Below, piece after piece: positions 39,785-49,875 of a stretch of 64,000 bases of DNA; position 1 is the first letter of the stretch; each line of letters starts with the position of its first letter. Under the pieces are notes generated by a model, which did no database searches, had not been told where the DNA came from, and worked only from the letters and a program-made list of their open reading frames with translations. The stretch is from Promethearchaeota archaeon (GTDB lineage Archaea; Asgardarchaeota; Lokiarchaeia; Sigyniarchaeales; SOKP01): the NCBI GenBank assembly GCA_048939995.1, contig JBHLOY010000009.1, forward strand, positions 64,001 to 128,000, given 5' to 3'. The position numbers were made by a program, and so were the translations under genes.

Positions 39785-40795
39785 TTAATTACGGGAAATT
39801 AGATTAAAAATCGTAAATAACACATCATTGATATTAAAATTTGTCTTAACTGAAGTAAATAAGAATTCCCATTCTCTGTTTTTTAAATCGCGAAAATCAA
39901 AATAATTAATTATTTCATTTCTAAGTCTTTTTAGTTGTTCTTGGTTATTATTTTTAGAATCGTTAATTAAATCTATTTTATTTCCAAGGATTAATATTGG
40001 AATCTCTGCTGTTGTTTCTTCACTTATAACCTTCCAAAATTCTTCTTTTGATTCTTTAAAACGTAGCTGATTAGCAATATCAATCATATAAACTAAAATA
40101 TTAGAGTCTTGGATACCTTTTAACCATTTTTCGCGGAAAGAAATCTGTCCCGGAATATCCCAAAAAGCAAGAACATTGTTTTGTCTTTGGATATATTCAA
40201 TATCGAACTTTCTTGTAGGTGTGAAGAAATTGTCATCGAATTGCCCTGTTTTCAATCTTCTTATTAATGAACTCTTTCCAACTTCATCTATTCCAGATAA
40301 AAATACTTTTGTAAATTTATTGATTGGTTGGATAATTGTTTCGGAATATTTTTCTAAAATTTCATCTCCATATCTACGTAAATCGATGAATAATGTTATT
40401 AGAAAGTTTTCTATTTCTATTTCATCTTCTAAGGAACAATAGTTCTCATTATTCAATAATTCGTGAGATAAATCTTCAAAAATTTCTTTATAATCATAAG
40501 GATTATCCTCATTGTCAAAAATTAGACCAATAATCATCTTTGAATTAATACATATTGAGTAAAAGTTTTTTTCTCCAAATTTCTGAAATATTGGAATACA
40601 TATTAGGAAATTATTTTGTACTTTTTTAGATGATAGAGTATTTGATTTTTGGTTGCGATGATCATGACCTTGAATTAATTCATTAATTAAATTACTCTTG
40701 TAATTTCGAGTAATGTCTTCTGGATAACTATAAATATCTAATTGGTCGAGATCATCAAAATCTTTACCCTTTATTAGAAAAATAGTGGATAACAA
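39785..40795 (-). CDS. Longin/uDENN-like domain fused to Arf-like GTPase
   Basis: GIDEVGKSS, PTRK, WDIPGQ, GNKID, TSVK; N-terminal beta-beta(YP)-alpha-beta3-alpha2 pattern. Confidence 0.7.
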   Translation of the reverse strand: MLSTIFLIKGKDFDDLDQLDIYSYPEDITRNYKSNLINELIQGHDHRNQKSNTLSSKKVQNNFLICIPIFQKFGEKNFYSICINSKMIIGLIFDNEDNPYDYKEIFEDLSHELLNNENYCSLEDEIEIENFLITLFIDLRRYGDEILEKYSETIIQPINKFTKVFLSGIDEVGKSSLIRRLKTGQFDDNFFTPTRKFDIEYIQRQNNVLAFWDIPGQISFREKWLKGIQDSNILVYMIDIANQLRFKESKEEFWKVISEETTAEIPILILGNKIDLINDSKNNNQEQLKRLRNEIINYFDFRDLKNREWEFLFTSVKTNFNINDVLFTIFNLISRN

Positions 40796-40959
40796 TAAAT
40801 TTTCCTTAAAGATTTATTTGCTTAAAGATGTAAATAAAAAATTCTTAAAAAAATTTTGGTTTTATTTTTAATTCGTTTAAATAAATGGGATTTTTGATAA
40901 ATTTAGTCGGAAATATTAATGATATTAAAAATTATTAAATAAAATATATTGTAAATGAA

Positions 40960-42381
40960 CTAAATTTCTTCATTTTCTGTTTGTTCTTCATCAATTTCAT
41001 CCTTTAATTCTGATTTTTCTTCACCTGAGTCAGCTTGAGAATCATTTAATGGTTGCTCTTGAAGCTCTTGTGATGGTTGCTCTTGAAGCTCTTGTGATGG
41101 TTGCTCTTGAAGCTCTTGTGATGGTTGCTCACCTACAGGATTTCCACAAATTGGACATTTGCTCCAACCAGGTCTCAAGCTATAACCACAAGAACATTCT
41201 GTTAATTCTTCATCAGGCGCCCACTCAGGGATATTTAAACCTCCTCCTCTTCTCTTCTCAGCTAAATCGTGTAATTCTTCTTCTGTCCAAACTTCCATAC
41301 CCTCTGGAATTCCCGAACTTCTTTCGGCAGCGAACTTCTCTAATTCTTCTGGTGTCCAAGAGGGAATATTGGGTTGAGTTACCATCCTTTTTTGAGCTTC
41401 TTGTGCTAATTCTTCTACTGTCCATGCTTTTAGTTCAGGAGATCCCGCTTTCGTTGGTTCAACAGCACCTACTTGTTTTATTGAGGGTGCTTGGCAACTA
41501 GTAGCTGAAAACTTTAATAATGCCTCAAAACATCTTGAATATTTGCTTGAATCATCACCCTCGTCAGTAACAATCATGATTGTTGTCTTATCAGAGGGAA
41601 CCGGAAAAGCTAAGGAACCTATAGCAATATCTGATTTTATCCGACCAGATTCTAATCCAGAGTTAACCTCTTCCATGGATTCTAACAAATCATCATTTTC
41701 CATCAAATAATCACAAATTGGGTCCCCGTGTCTTTGATAATCTTCATGATATTTAGATAATTGGCTTATTACGATAGGAGATTCCATCGAATTAATAATA
41801 GCATCTACATAAGAAAAGACTTGGGATTTAGGTCCTTTTTCTAATTCATTCACTTTATATCCATGTAAATCAAGATTACCAGTAAAAGGGGCAAATAAAG
41901 GTCTTTGATTTTTTATTTTACCATAAACTGTTGTTCTTGCAAGAAAGCATTTAATTTCACCATAATATGCAATTGCCTTATCCAAAAAGGTTAGGCTATT
42001 ATCTTCATAAATTAAACGTGGAATAGTTCGAAAAATAAGATTAACCCAGGGTAATTCCTTTACAGGAATAATCGCTACGCAGGTCTTAAGGATAACCTCT
42101 TTAAGCTTTTTCAAATAATCTTTTAAAAGTCTCTTAATTTCTTTATACTTTACATTTTCTAACTCTAATTCGGCTTTTTTCATTAATTCGTTGAATTTAT
42201 CTTCATTTTTTTTAATAGAACCTCCAAGGGTTTTAATTTCTCCAACGATATTATCTTTTAGAATAAAAGTGGCATCATCAATTACTTCTTTTTGAAGATC
42301 ACTAAGTTCTTCGATTAAATAATCATTAACATCAAAATTTAAACTATTAGTAAAGATTTCAAATAATTTTTCTTCTGACAA
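40960..42381 (-). CDS. Hypothetical protein with WTxEEL repeats, zinc ribbon and acidic tail
   Basis: WTVEEL/WTPEEL/WTEEEL; CSCG...CPICG; (QPSQELQE)3. Confidence 0.7.
   Translation of the reverse strand: MSEEKLFEIFTNSLNFDVNDYLIEELSDLQKEVIDDATFILKDNIVGEIKTLGGSIKKNEDKFNELMKKAELELENVKYKEIKRLLKDYLKKLKEVILKTCVAIIPVKELPWVNLIFRTIPRLIYEDNSLTFLDKAIAYYGEIKCFLARTTVYGKIKNQRPLFAPFTGNLDLHGYKVNELEKGPKSQVFSYVDAIINSMESPIVISQLSKYHEDYQRHGDPICDYLMENDDLLESMEEVNSGLESGRIKSDIAIGSLAFPVPSDKTTIMIVTDEGDDSSKYSRCFEALLKFSATSCQAPSIKQVGAVEPTKAGSPELKAWTVEELAQEAQKRMVTQPNIPSWTPEELEKFAAERSSGIPEGMEVWTEEELHDLAEKRRGGGLNIPEWAPDEELTECSCGYSLRPGWSKCPICGNPVGEQPSQELQEQPSQELQEQPSQELQEQPLNDSQADSGEEKSELKDEIDEEQTENEEI
41049..41130. repeat. 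Perfect 24-bp coding tandem repeat, 3.4 copies
   Basis: ATGGTTGCTCTTGAAGCTCTTGTG at 41049, 41073, 41097 plus a partial copy at 41121. Confidence 0.95.
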
Positions 42382-42497
42382 AATTTCTACCTTTAATGTG
42401 TTGTTTATTCTCTAATTATAAATATAGCAATTATATGTATATAAAAATTTATTGGAGATAAATTTCTATTACCAAGAAAAACAAATTATATTATATC

Positions 42498-43544
42498 ATG
42501 AAAGATTCAGTAAATATCCCATCGGAGAAAATCATTGAATTATGCTTTATTTCTGATATTCCTAAACAAGTGAAGAATTATTTTGAAATTCAATTAGAAA
42601 AAGTGGCAAATGTTAAACTAATATTTCCTAAGGATTATTCTGAGAAGAATTTAAATAAGTTGGTTTCAGAAGCAGAGATATTAATTGGTTGGCGCCCTTC
42701 TAAAACCCTTTTATATCATGCAAAGAATATGAAATTATTTATTAATCCCGGTGCAGGGATCCATCACTTAATAGAAATTTTTCGGGAAATTAACAAACAA
42801 AGGGATGTTATTTTGATAAATGGGCACGGAAACTCATATTTTGTTGCTCAACATACAATAGCTTTACTTTTAACTTTAATGAATAAGATTATTTTCCATC
42901 ATAGATGGATGAGCCAAGGGATTTGGAGAACTGGGGATAAAGAAGCAGTTTCAATTCCATTAAGGTTTAGAAAGATAGGACTCCTAGGTTATGGAGCAAT
43001 TAATCAGAAGGTGCATAAAATGCTTTCTGGATTTAATAATGAATTTTACATCCTCAGAAGGAATTGGAATAAACAAAGTATAGTTCTCCCTACTAAAATT
43101 ACAAAATTTAAGCCTAATCAACTTCATGAGTTTCTAGATATAATAGACATCCTAATAATTGCTATACCAGTTACTTCCCTTACTAGAAATCTAATAAAGC
43201 AATCCGAGTTAGAACTATTAGGATCTGATGGTTTATTGGTTAATGTTTCTCGAGGTGAAGTAGTTAATGAGAGAGATCTATTTAATGCATTGAAAAATAG
43301 AAAAATAGTCGGCGCTGCTGTAGATGTATGGTATAATTATGAACCTAAAGCAGATAAATACGGAAAGAAATACCCCTATAGCTTTCCATTTCATGAACTT
43401 GATAATATTGTTTTATCTCCTCATCGTGGTTATTCTCCATTTAATGATTTATTAAGATGGGATGAAATAATAGAAACAATTAATAAATTTGCTGAGGGAA
43501 GACGTGATTTTAAAAATATTGTAAACTTGGTTGAAGAATATTAA
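42498..43544 (+). CDS. D-2-hydroxyacid dehydrogenase family
   Basis: GYGAIN, NVSRG, DVWY, LSPH. Confidence 0.85.
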   Translation: MKDSVNIPSEKIIELCFISDIPKQVKNYFEIQLEKVANVKLIFPKDYSEKNLNKLVSEAEILIGWRPSKTLLYHAKNMKLFINPGAGIHHLIEIFREINKQRDVILINGHGNSYFVAQHTIALLLTLMNKIIFHHRWMSQGIWRTGDKEAVSIPLRFRKIGLLGYGAINQKVHKMLSGFNNEFYILRRNWNKQSIVLPTKITKFKPNQLHEFLDIIDILIIAIPVTSLTRNLIKQSELELLGSDGLLVNVSRGEVVNERDLFNALKNRKIVGAAVDVWYNYEPKADKYGKKYPYSFPFHELDNIVLSPHRGYSPFNDLLRWDEIIETINKFAEGRRDFKNIVNLVEEY

Positions 43545-44181
43545 AAAATTTTATTAAAAAGATAAAGATTGGCAATTAAATAAGAAAAGGTTCTAATATT
43601 TGATCTTCTGTTTTGATCCTCTCTCTGTGTAAATCTTAGGTTTTCTTTTCGTAGAATGATTTAGGCTTCTAAATGAATAAAAGATAACTTTAAGAATTAA
43701 TTTTCAAAGTAATCTTACGCTATGAGATTTGAAGCGAATTAAATTCTGTAAAGCCATACATGAAACTAAAACCAGTATAAATTTTTACTGAATAATAAAT
43801 TTTGCCCAAATTCTGTCCTAATGGAAGATTTCAAGTTTCTCTTAGAAAAAAATGGAAAACAAATTTTTTTTTCTACTTTTAAAAGCTGAATTTTTCTTTT
43901 TTCTAAATAAAGAAGATTTTTTGAAAAACTTTCAAAAAATATAAAAATTTTTCAAAAATATTTTCAATAAATTAATTAAGTGGTTACAAAAGAGCTGATC
44001 TTTTAAGAGTTCTCAACTTCAAAAGATTTTCTTTCATTAAGTGCACGTATTCATTAAATGAGAAAAAATTTATTTTTAAATATATATTAATAGGTTAAAA
44101 AAAAAGGTTTATATATCATCTTGAAATAAAATATTATATAAAGAAAATTCAACAAAAATTAGAGGTTAAGGCGACTGTTAA

Positions 44182-44472
44182 ATGAAGATCGTCACAGTTA
44201 ATGTACCCGAGAGTTATATTGATGCGATTAATAAATTAATCGGAGAGAATGGTCTTTATCCTTCTCGATCTGAACTTATAAGATGTGCAGTTCGAGACTT
44301 CTTATTAAAAGAACTTAAAGCAGCCAACAACATGGCTCAATTTAATAATACTAATATAGAAGATTTTGACGACGAAAATTTCGTTCGTGTACCTTTTGAG
44401 AAATTAGATGAAAATTCTGAACCGGTACGTGAATTTAAAACATATAAAATAGTAAAGAGGTTAGAATACTAA
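44182..44472 (+). CDS. Ribbon-helix-helix (CopG) regulator
   Basis: MKIVTVNVPESYIDAINKL...YPSRSELIRCAVRDFL. Confidence 0.9.
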   Translation: MKIVTVNVPESYIDAINKLIGENGLYPSRSELIRCAVRDFLLKELKAANNMAQFNNTNIEDFDDENFVRVPFEKLDENSEPVREFKTYKIVKRLEY

Positions 44473-44750
44473 AAATTCTCTTATATTAACCAAGAAATAA
44501 CCATTTTGGTTGTAAAATAAGTTTTTTTACCTTTTACTCTTTTTTTTATTTTATTTATTAAGAGAAAAACCAACTTCTTGCTTGTTTCTCTACATAGATG
44601 TCAAGAACTCTAAAATTAAAAATTTTTAATTTTTACTTAAAAAATTAAACATTTATATAAATACATATTTAACTAAAAAGAATGGGCTATTAAATACCTT
44701 GAATAAATGTAAATTTTTATATAAAAAAGAAGGAGGTTACGGTACAAATT

Positions 44751-46010
44751 GTGAATAAAAATGGGCATAAGATGTTTCCTACTTTTATGGAATGGGGAAT
44801 AATTAATAAAGAAAACTTCAAAGATATTTATGAAGTTCCTATTAAAAGATGGGATCCATTATCTTCAATTCTATTAAGTTCAGATAACCATGGGCTTCAT
44901 AGGAGGAAACAACGATATTCTGGTCACTACTCTTATATTTCTCCAATAAGAGGGAAGAGACCTAAAGGTTATAAAACTAAGGAAAAGAAAAGTGAAGCAA
45001 AAGATATCATCGAAGTTGATTTGAAAGAATTTAAAGATGTGTTTATGGCAATTACTGAAGGAAAAGCTATTTATCGAAATGATGGTAAATTGCTTGGAGA
45101 TGGTTATACTATTGTAATAACTGAAGATGGTAAAAAAAGAGATCATCCTTTTACTGATAAGCCCCATAGGATTGATGAAATCTCAAGGAATTGTAAAGCA
45201 ATAACTCTAATTAATAGATATCCCTCCATGGCGCGAGTCATTGATCCTGAAATTAAAAATAATATAAAGCGTCAATTACCCCCTCAATTGAAATTAGCAG
45301 AAGGAATAAATCTAATAACTATCTCAAGGGATTTTTATCCGTCACTTAATTTTGAGATCATTCCAGAAGATGTTTTATCAGCTATTTTTACCTCCATGAA
45401 AGAAGCAATAATTTATTGCATTTTAGAAGCTATTGAGAAAGATTATTATGATATTCCTGTAAATCCATTTTTTAATATTGGAACTAAAGTTGGAGGATCT
45501 CAACCTCGAATCCATAGCCAAGTATACATTGACTTAAACGGAGACGGACATGGATCAAGATTAGAAGGATATTTACGTGCCTTTAAACAGATGGGGGATA
45601 ATTGTCATCTATGTGAAACAACTCATGGAGATACTGATCGTATAATATTAAAAACTCAGTATTGGACTTTTTATACTACTGGTAGCCCCGTAAGAAATTA
45701 TCATATAAGATTTCACCCAAATGAGCATATAAGAAGATTTTCACAATTAAAAATAAATCAAATAAATGATTTAGCTAAAATTGTAAAGTTGCTTTTTCAG
45801 GCTTTAGATGATATTAAAATTGATAAGAATCGAAATATTTTATTCAATTGCTGCCCCTATGGTTATGATGATAATTTTCATTTATTTGGTGATATAATCC
45901 CCCATGAAACTATTGGGGGGGCTGAAATGGCAGATGATATGAGAGTTGCTAGAAAATTGCCTCATATTGCCGCTAAAGAAATCAGAATTTCCTTGGAGAA
46001 ATATATATAA
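44751..46010 (+). CDS. GalT/HIT-superfamily nucleotidyltransferase
   Basis: RWDPL, NRYP, FFNIG..VGGSQPRIHSQ, CHLC, GGAE. Confidence 0.7.
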   Translation: MNKNGHKMFPTFMEWGIINKENFKDIYEVPIKRWDPLSSILLSSDNHGLHRRKQRYSGHYSYISPIRGKRPKGYKTKEKKSEAKDIIEVDLKEFKDVFMAITEGKAIYRNDGKLLGDGYTIVITEDGKKRDHPFTDKPHRIDEISRNCKAITLINRYPSMARVIDPEIKNNIKRQLPPQLKLAEGINLITISRDFYPSLNFEIIPEDVLSAIFTSMKEAIIYCILEAIEKDYYDIPVNPFFNIGTKVGGSQPRIHSQVYIDLNGDGHGSRLEGYLRAFKQMGDNCHLCETTHGDTDRIILKTQYWTFYTTGSPVRNYHIRFHPNEHIRRFSQLKINQINDLAKIVKLLFQALDDIKIDKNRNILFNCCPYGYDDNFHLFGDIIPHETIGGAEMADDMRVARKLPHIAAKEIRISLEKYI

Positions 46011-46056
46011 ATAACTAGGAAAAAAATAATATTATTAAATTTTAAATTGATACAAA

Positions 46057-46941
46057 ATGCCTATTGCAAAAATTAAAAATATTGAAATTTTCTATGATAC
46101 TTTTGGAGATCCATCTTCTCAGCCTTTATTACTAATTATGGGTTTAGGAGCACAGATGATAAGATGGGTTCCTGAATTATGTGAAGAATTCATGAAAAAA
46201 GGCTTCTTCGTTATACGATTTGATAACAGAGATGCAGGTCTATCAACGAAAATTGAAGAAGCAGGTGCACCCGATATCATGAAAGTTTATCAAAAAGTAA
46301 TGCGTAGAGAAGAAATTAAGGCGCCATATACTCTAAATGATATGGCAGATGATGCCATTGGTCTATTAGATTTTCTTAAAATAGATAAGGCACATATCTG
46401 TGGTGCTTCTATGGGAGGCATGATTGCTCAGACTATATCCATCAGATATTCATCTAGAGTTTTAAGCCTTACTTCTATCATGAGTAGCACTGGAGATCCT
46501 AATCTTCCTCACCCAAAGCCCCAGGCCTTGAAAGTTTTATTAACTCCACCTCCACCGGGGCGAGAAGAATGTATTGAAACTTCTGTAGAAACTTGGCGCA
46601 TTCTTTGGGGTTCAGGTTATCCATTTAATGAAGAGATACAGCGTAAGTTGGTAGCAGACGCTTATGATAGATCTTACTATCCCGATGGGTTTAAACGTCA
46701 GCTCTTAAGTATTCTTGCGAGTGGCGATCGAACTTCTGCTCTAGGTTCCGTTCGAATTCCTAGTCTCGTAATTCATGGAGCGGATGACCCTTTAGTTCCA
46801 GTTGAAGCTGGAAAAGCGACTGCAAAAGCAATTCCAGGAGCTGATTTATTGATTATTGATGGTATGGGACATTCTTTTCCACCAGAAATTTGGCCAAAAG
46901 TTGTAGATGCAATATCAAAAAACGCTTCTAAAGCACATTAA
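46057..46941 (+). CDS. Alpha/beta hydrolase
   Basis: RFDNRDAG, GASMGG, HGADDPL, GMGH. Confidence 0.9.
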   Translation: MPIAKIKNIEIFYDTFGDPSSQPLLLIMGLGAQMIRWVPELCEEFMKKGFFVIRFDNRDAGLSTKIEEAGAPDIMKVYQKVMRREEIKAPYTLNDMADDAIGLLDFLKIDKAHICGASMGGMIAQTISIRYSSRVLSLTSIMSSTGDPNLPHPKPQALKVLLTPPPPGREECIETSVETWRILWGSGYPFNEEIQRKLVADAYDRSYYPDGFKRQLLSILASGDRTSALGSVRIPSLVIHGADDPLVPVEAGKATAKAIPGADLLIIDGMGHSFPPEIWPKVVDAISKNASKAH

Positions 46942-47078
46942 ATAATACATTTATTTTATTTCTATTAGATTCAATTCAATTCCTTGAATTCTAGCTAAAT
47001 ATATTAATTTAATAACGTTTAAATTTCAAATAAAACTAGATTTATATCTGTTATTCGTCAAATAAATAATGAGTTGTA

Positions 47079-48242
47079 TTGGAGGATGATTCAATGAGAG
47101 AATGGTCAGCAATTATACTAGCTGGTGGTAGAGGTACTAGATTAATGCCTTTGACTTCTCAAGTTCCAAAACCTTTAGTAAAAGTTACGAATAAGCCGAT
47201 GGTTGACTATTCTATCGCACACTTGATTTATGCTGATATAAAGCATATAATTCTGGCTTTAGCTTGGCAAGGAAAGTTGGTGAAGGAACATATCGAAAAA
47301 ACATGGACCCCTGATAAGTTAGGAGATGTAGAATTAGAATGTTTAATTCAAGAAAGCAAGGGAACTGCTGATGCATATAGACTTTCAATTAATAAATTAG
47401 ATTCTGAAAAAGTAGCAGTTAGTATGGCAGATATTGTGACCAATCTTCCAATGAAGGATTTTATGACATTTCATTCTGAAAAAGGTGGGATCGCTACTAT
47501 ATCAATGAAAACTAGCGAAAGTCATACAAGTCAATATGGAGTGGTTTTATTAGATAAAAACAGAAAGATTTACCTTTTTTTAGAGAAACCCGCTCCTATG
47601 GAATTGTATTTAAGTAGCATGGCTCAAAGAACTGATTTATTTCTGCATACCAATATTATTAATACAGGTATTTATTGTTTTAAAAAAGATATAGCAGATG
47701 TTCTTACAAAAACTAATTTAATGGACTTTGGTGGTGAAGTTTTTCCATTTTTACTTGAAAATGAATACGAGCTATATGGCTTTGTTAAGAACTATTATTG
47801 GTTAGATTGTGGAAATGCAGAAACTTACAAATGGGCAAATTGGGATCTATTGCGTAAATATGCTTGGCCAATTACTCCAAATGGAGAAGAATATGATCAA
47901 GTTTTTGTTATGGGTATTATCAACTCTGACCAAAATGTAACCATTGAGAAGCCCACTTGTTTTGGAGAATTCGTAGAACTTCGAAATAGAGTTAAAATTA
48001 AAGAATTAACTTCAATAGGAAATCACGTTACAATTGGAGAAGATACTATTTTAGAAAAAAGTGTTATCTGGGATAATGTTAAAATAGGAGCAGGTTGTAA
48101 AATTATTGAATCTGTTATTTGCGATAATTGCGAAATAGGTAATAATGTAGTTTTATATAATACAATTGTTGCCCCTACTAGTAAAGTAAGTGATGATATA
48201 GAACTGAGAGATAAGGTTATAGATCTTGGAGAACAAATTTAA
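47079..48242 (+). CDS. NDP-sugar pyrophosphorylase with left-handed beta-helix (GMPP/GlgC-like)
   Basis: ILAGGRGTRLMPLT..PKPL, GTADA, FLEKP, NTGIY, YWLDCG, hexapeptide C-terminus. Confidence 0.9.
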   Translation: MEDDSMREWSAIILAGGRGTRLMPLTSQVPKPLVKVTNKPMVDYSIAHLIYADIKHIILALAWQGKLVKEHIEKTWTPDKLGDVELECLIQESKGTADAYRLSINKLDSEKVAVSMADIVTNLPMKDFMTFHSEKGGIATISMKTSESHTSQYGVVLLDKNRKIYLFLEKPAPMELYLSSMAQRTDLFLHTNIINTGIYCFKKDIADVLTKTNLMDFGGEVFPFLLENEYELYGFVKNYYWLDCGNAETYKWANWDLLRKYAWPITPNGEEYDQVFVMGIINSDQNVTIEKPTCFGEFVELRNRVKIKELTSIGNHVTIGEDTILEKSVIWDNVKIGAGCKIIESVICDNCEIGNNVVLYNTIVAPTSKVSDDIELRDKVIDLGEQI

Positions 48243-48269
48243 AATTTTGCACTAATTTATACATAATTT

Positions 48270-49862
48270 ATGAGGCTAGGATTTTTTGGTTTAGTTTTAC
48301 ATGGACATATGCCATGGTGTAAGAAAAGTGGAATTTGGCCTGCCGGTGAAGATTGGTATTTTGAGGTAGCTTTGGAAACCTACATTCCATTATTAAATAT
48401 TTTGAGGAGTCTTAAGGAAAGAGGAATCAAAACAGCAATTACAATCAACATAACGCCAATCTTAGCTGAACTTATGGCTGATGAATATATGAAGCAACGT
48501 TTTTCTGAATACATGGATAATTTAATAAAAAGAGCTAAATCTGATATTCAAAGATTTAAACATCAACCTCAGCAGAAAAAGATAGCGGAATACCATTTAA
48601 AAAATTTTGAATATGTACTAAATACATTCTACAGTAATTATTATAGAGACCTTTTGGGAAGTTTTAAGTGGTTACAAAACGAGGGCATGATTGAATTAAT
48701 TACGTGTGCTGCGACCCATGGGTTTTTACCTCTATTTGAGTGGGATTCAGGACTCTTTTCTCAGATTCAAACAGCAGTAGACACCCATAAGAAATATTTT
48801 GGGCAAAACCCAAAAGGTATATGGCTTCCAGAATGTGCATATCGTCCAAAACAAATTCATCAAGGAATTTTAAGAGAAAGTATTGATTATTGGCTTAATA
48901 ATTCTGGAATTGAATACTTCTTTGTAGATTCTCATGGAATCTTAAATGCTGAGATTTTGGAACAAAAAAATGAAGTCGGTTTGAATACTAACATAGGATA
49001 TTCTTTGAAAACTAGAGTTTCAGTTTTAGGACGTAATGAAAATACAAGTAGACAAGTTTGGGATGCAAATATAGGTTATCCTGGAAATGAATACTATAGA
49101 GAGTTTCATAGAAAGGATCATGAATCTGGTCTACACTACTGGCGAATAACAGGTAAAACTTTAGAAGCAGACAAAAAGGAATTATATGATATCAACAAAG
49201 CTAATGAGGTTGTTGATTCCCACGCTCATCATTTTATCTCTTTAGTTGAATCAGATTTAAATAAATTCTCGAAAGATTGGAAATTTCCAGGAATAATTGT
49301 CTCACCCTTCGATTTTGAATTATATGGACATTGGTGGGGTGAAGGTATCAATTGGTTAAACAGAGTTTTTGAACTCGTTAATTCCAATGATAAAGTAGAA
49401 ATGATTACTATTTCCGATTACATTTCAAAATATAATGAGGATTTCTCCATAATAGAAATGAAAGAAAGTAGCTGGGGAGAAGGAGGTGATTTTAGAGTAT
49501 GGAAAAATCCTGAACACGGTTGGGTTTGGCCCTATATCAATGGTTCGATCAAAGAGTTTGAAGATATCTTGCAGAAATATCCAAATCCTAATGATTGGGA
49601 AAAAAGAATTCTTAACCAAATTTCTCGAGAGCTCTTATTAATGGAAGGAAGCGATTGGCCCTTCCTTCTTTATACTAAACAAGCCAAAGAATATGCTAAT
49701 CAAAGATTTCATCACCACCATCAGAGATTTCTTAAATTAATTTGGGCTGCCAAAGATTTTAATGATAAATCAAGAATTTCCTTAAGTGAATTGGAAAGTA
49801 TTGAGGATATCGATTCATGTTTCAAGGATATAAAAGTCAAATATTTTAAAAAAATTAATTAG
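48270..49862 (+). CDS. GH57 1,4-alpha-glucan branching enzyme
   Basis: HGHMPW, ETYIP, THGFLP, WLPECAY, PFDFELYGHWW, SDWPF. Confidence 0.85.
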   Translation: MRLGFFGLVLHGHMPWCKKSGIWPAGEDWYFEVALETYIPLLNILRSLKERGIKTAITINITPILAELMADEYMKQRFSEYMDNLIKRAKSDIQRFKHQPQQKKIAEYHLKNFEYVLNTFYSNYYRDLLGSFKWLQNEGMIELITCAATHGFLPLFEWDSGLFSQIQTAVDTHKKYFGQNPKGIWLPECAYRPKQIHQGILRESIDYWLNNSGIEYFFVDSHGILNAEILEQKNEVGLNTNIGYSLKTRVSVLGRNENTSRQVWDANIGYPGNEYYREFHRKDHESGLHYWRITGKTLEADKKELYDINKANEVVDSHAHHFISLVESDLNKFSKDWKFPGIIVSPFDFELYGHWWGEGINWLNRVFELVNSNDKVEMITISDYISKYNEDFSIIEMKESSWGEGGDFRVWKNPEHGWVWPYINGSIKEFEDILQKYPNPNDWEKRILNQISRELLLMEGSDWPFLLYTKQAKEYANQRFHHHHQRFLKLIWAAKDFNDKSRISLSELESIEDIDSCFKDIKVKYFKKIN

Positions 49863-49875
49863 ATATAATTAAATG

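Noticed and set aside
41049-41130. Possible mini-CRISPR
   Set aside because: Head-to-tail repeats with no spacers, in frame within a CDS; no cas genes in the window
41049-41501. Plus-strand ORF with (MVALEALV)n
   Set aside because: Antisense shadow of the 24-bp repeat within the minus-strand gene
43916-43940. Perfect 11-bp inverted repeat in a 637-bp AT-rich spacer (possible origin or MITE end)
   Set aside because: Low complexity, no ORB-like G-string, no orc1/cdc6 or transposase nearby; could be chance or an RHH site
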